Source of the DNA: Podarcis filfolensis
Taxonomy: Eukaryota
Assembly: GCA_964270895.1 (NCBI GenBank)
Contig: OZ185439.1
Reading direction: 5' to 3' (one strand)
DNA: 63,880 bases
In this document: one piece after another, positions 62,978 to 63,880 of the stretch
Layout of the letters: the number at the start of each line of letters is the position of its first letter
Position numbering within the stretch: position 1 is the first letter of the stretch
Program-made: the position numbers and the translations under genes
Notes under the pieces: model-generated
Databases searched by the model: none
What the model was told of the DNA's origin: nothing
Seen by the model: only the letters and a program-made list of their open reading frames with translations

Positions 62978-63112
62978 CATGCTGTTTTTCTAGAAAAAGA
63001 GGTGCCGGAACTCACTATGAATGCCTCCCTTGTTCTCTTAGAAAGGCAATGGCATGCACCTGAGAGGTGCCAGAACTGAGTTCTGACGAGTTCTGGCTGA
63101 AAAAAAGCCCTG
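62978..63112 (-). mobile_element. hAT MITE, same family as 3010-3135
   Basis: Reverse complement of the 3010 element, ending 'ctgaaaaaaagccctg'. Confidence 0.85.
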
Positions 63113-63880
63113 TGTACATGGTCTTAAACCATTGCTTTGCAAATGCTTTATAAGTCAGAGCCCTGCTACCCTTCCAATGTTCCTGTGATTGCAAGTAGCC
63201 ATGGGAAAATCTTATAGAACACTTTAGTAAAAGACAAAAACACTAACAGTACACTGAGCATACAAGAAAGCCACTACTGAACAAACATGCCTTAAAATCC
63301 TGCGGTCTGTGATTGTGCCACTGGATAAGTGCTTACCCATAGGCAGAGGTGGCCAACTGAACTCTGTTTCCCCTTTAGAGCAGGGAAATTCTGGCAGAGG
63401 TGGTGGTGGTAGTAGAGGAGTATTGCTGATGGTTCTCCCCCTTCCTCTGGGTTGTGGCATGAAAAGAACACAATGGCTTTTCTGACGCAGTGTGCAGACA
63501 AGGCAGCTCTGGGGGGAAAAATCCCTAATAGCTATGATTAATGACAATGGGCTAGAGGAGAGTTGGGACACAGCCGCCACATATATCATCCTTTCCCATC
63601 AGTCTCTGCTCCTCCCTGCCCCTCTTTCCTACTACCAGCAAGGCATTATAAAAATGTCTTATCGGCTTTAGAAGGGTGTTTTTTCTCTCTCCAGAAACAG
63701 CAGCTCTTCCAACAACGAAAATGAAGAGGAAGAAGAACAAACAAAAGAATGAAATAAAAAGAAAGGAGAGAAAGAGAGAAAGAAAGGGGGAAGAGGGGAC
63801 AGGGTGAACAAGAGAATGGCATGTATAATAACTGTAAGATATTCCAGAGGAAAATGCACCGGCTGTAATCATTCAAGATT

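Noticed and set aside
1-63880. CRISPR array, operon or prokaryotic system
   Set aside because: Eukaryotic repeat-rich DNA with no regularly spaced direct repeats and no gene-dense region.

Overview
This is about 64 kb of AT-rich vertebrate DNA that looks intronic or intergenic. It is almost certainly from a lacertid lizard, inferred from a lacertid-type Sauria SINE, a POM/Squam1-like SINE and typical squamate MITE, L2, CR1 and Penelope families. I recognise no host protein-coding gene, rRNA, tRNA or CRISPR array. The only ORFs with recognisable protein motifs are retrotransposon remnants (L2, CR1 and an RTEX-like LINE). The window is a mosaic of SINEs, LINE fragments, hAT, Tigger and Harbinger-like MITEs, a probable solo LTR, microsatellites and eight short N-runs. 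Four observations stand out. (1) A Penelope-derived insertion carries a near-complete minimal type I hammerhead ribozyme (37092-37129). (2) All eight N-runs sit in unique, motif-rich sequence rather than next to repeats, so they may hide conserved elements. (3) A little-decayed RTEX-like LINE 3' end is interrupted only by a frameshift at a C12 run. (4) There is a candidate alternative first coding exon at 62827-62904. I found no evidence for a wholly new multi-gene system. Repeat family names come from my recollection of consensus sequences, not from database searches.
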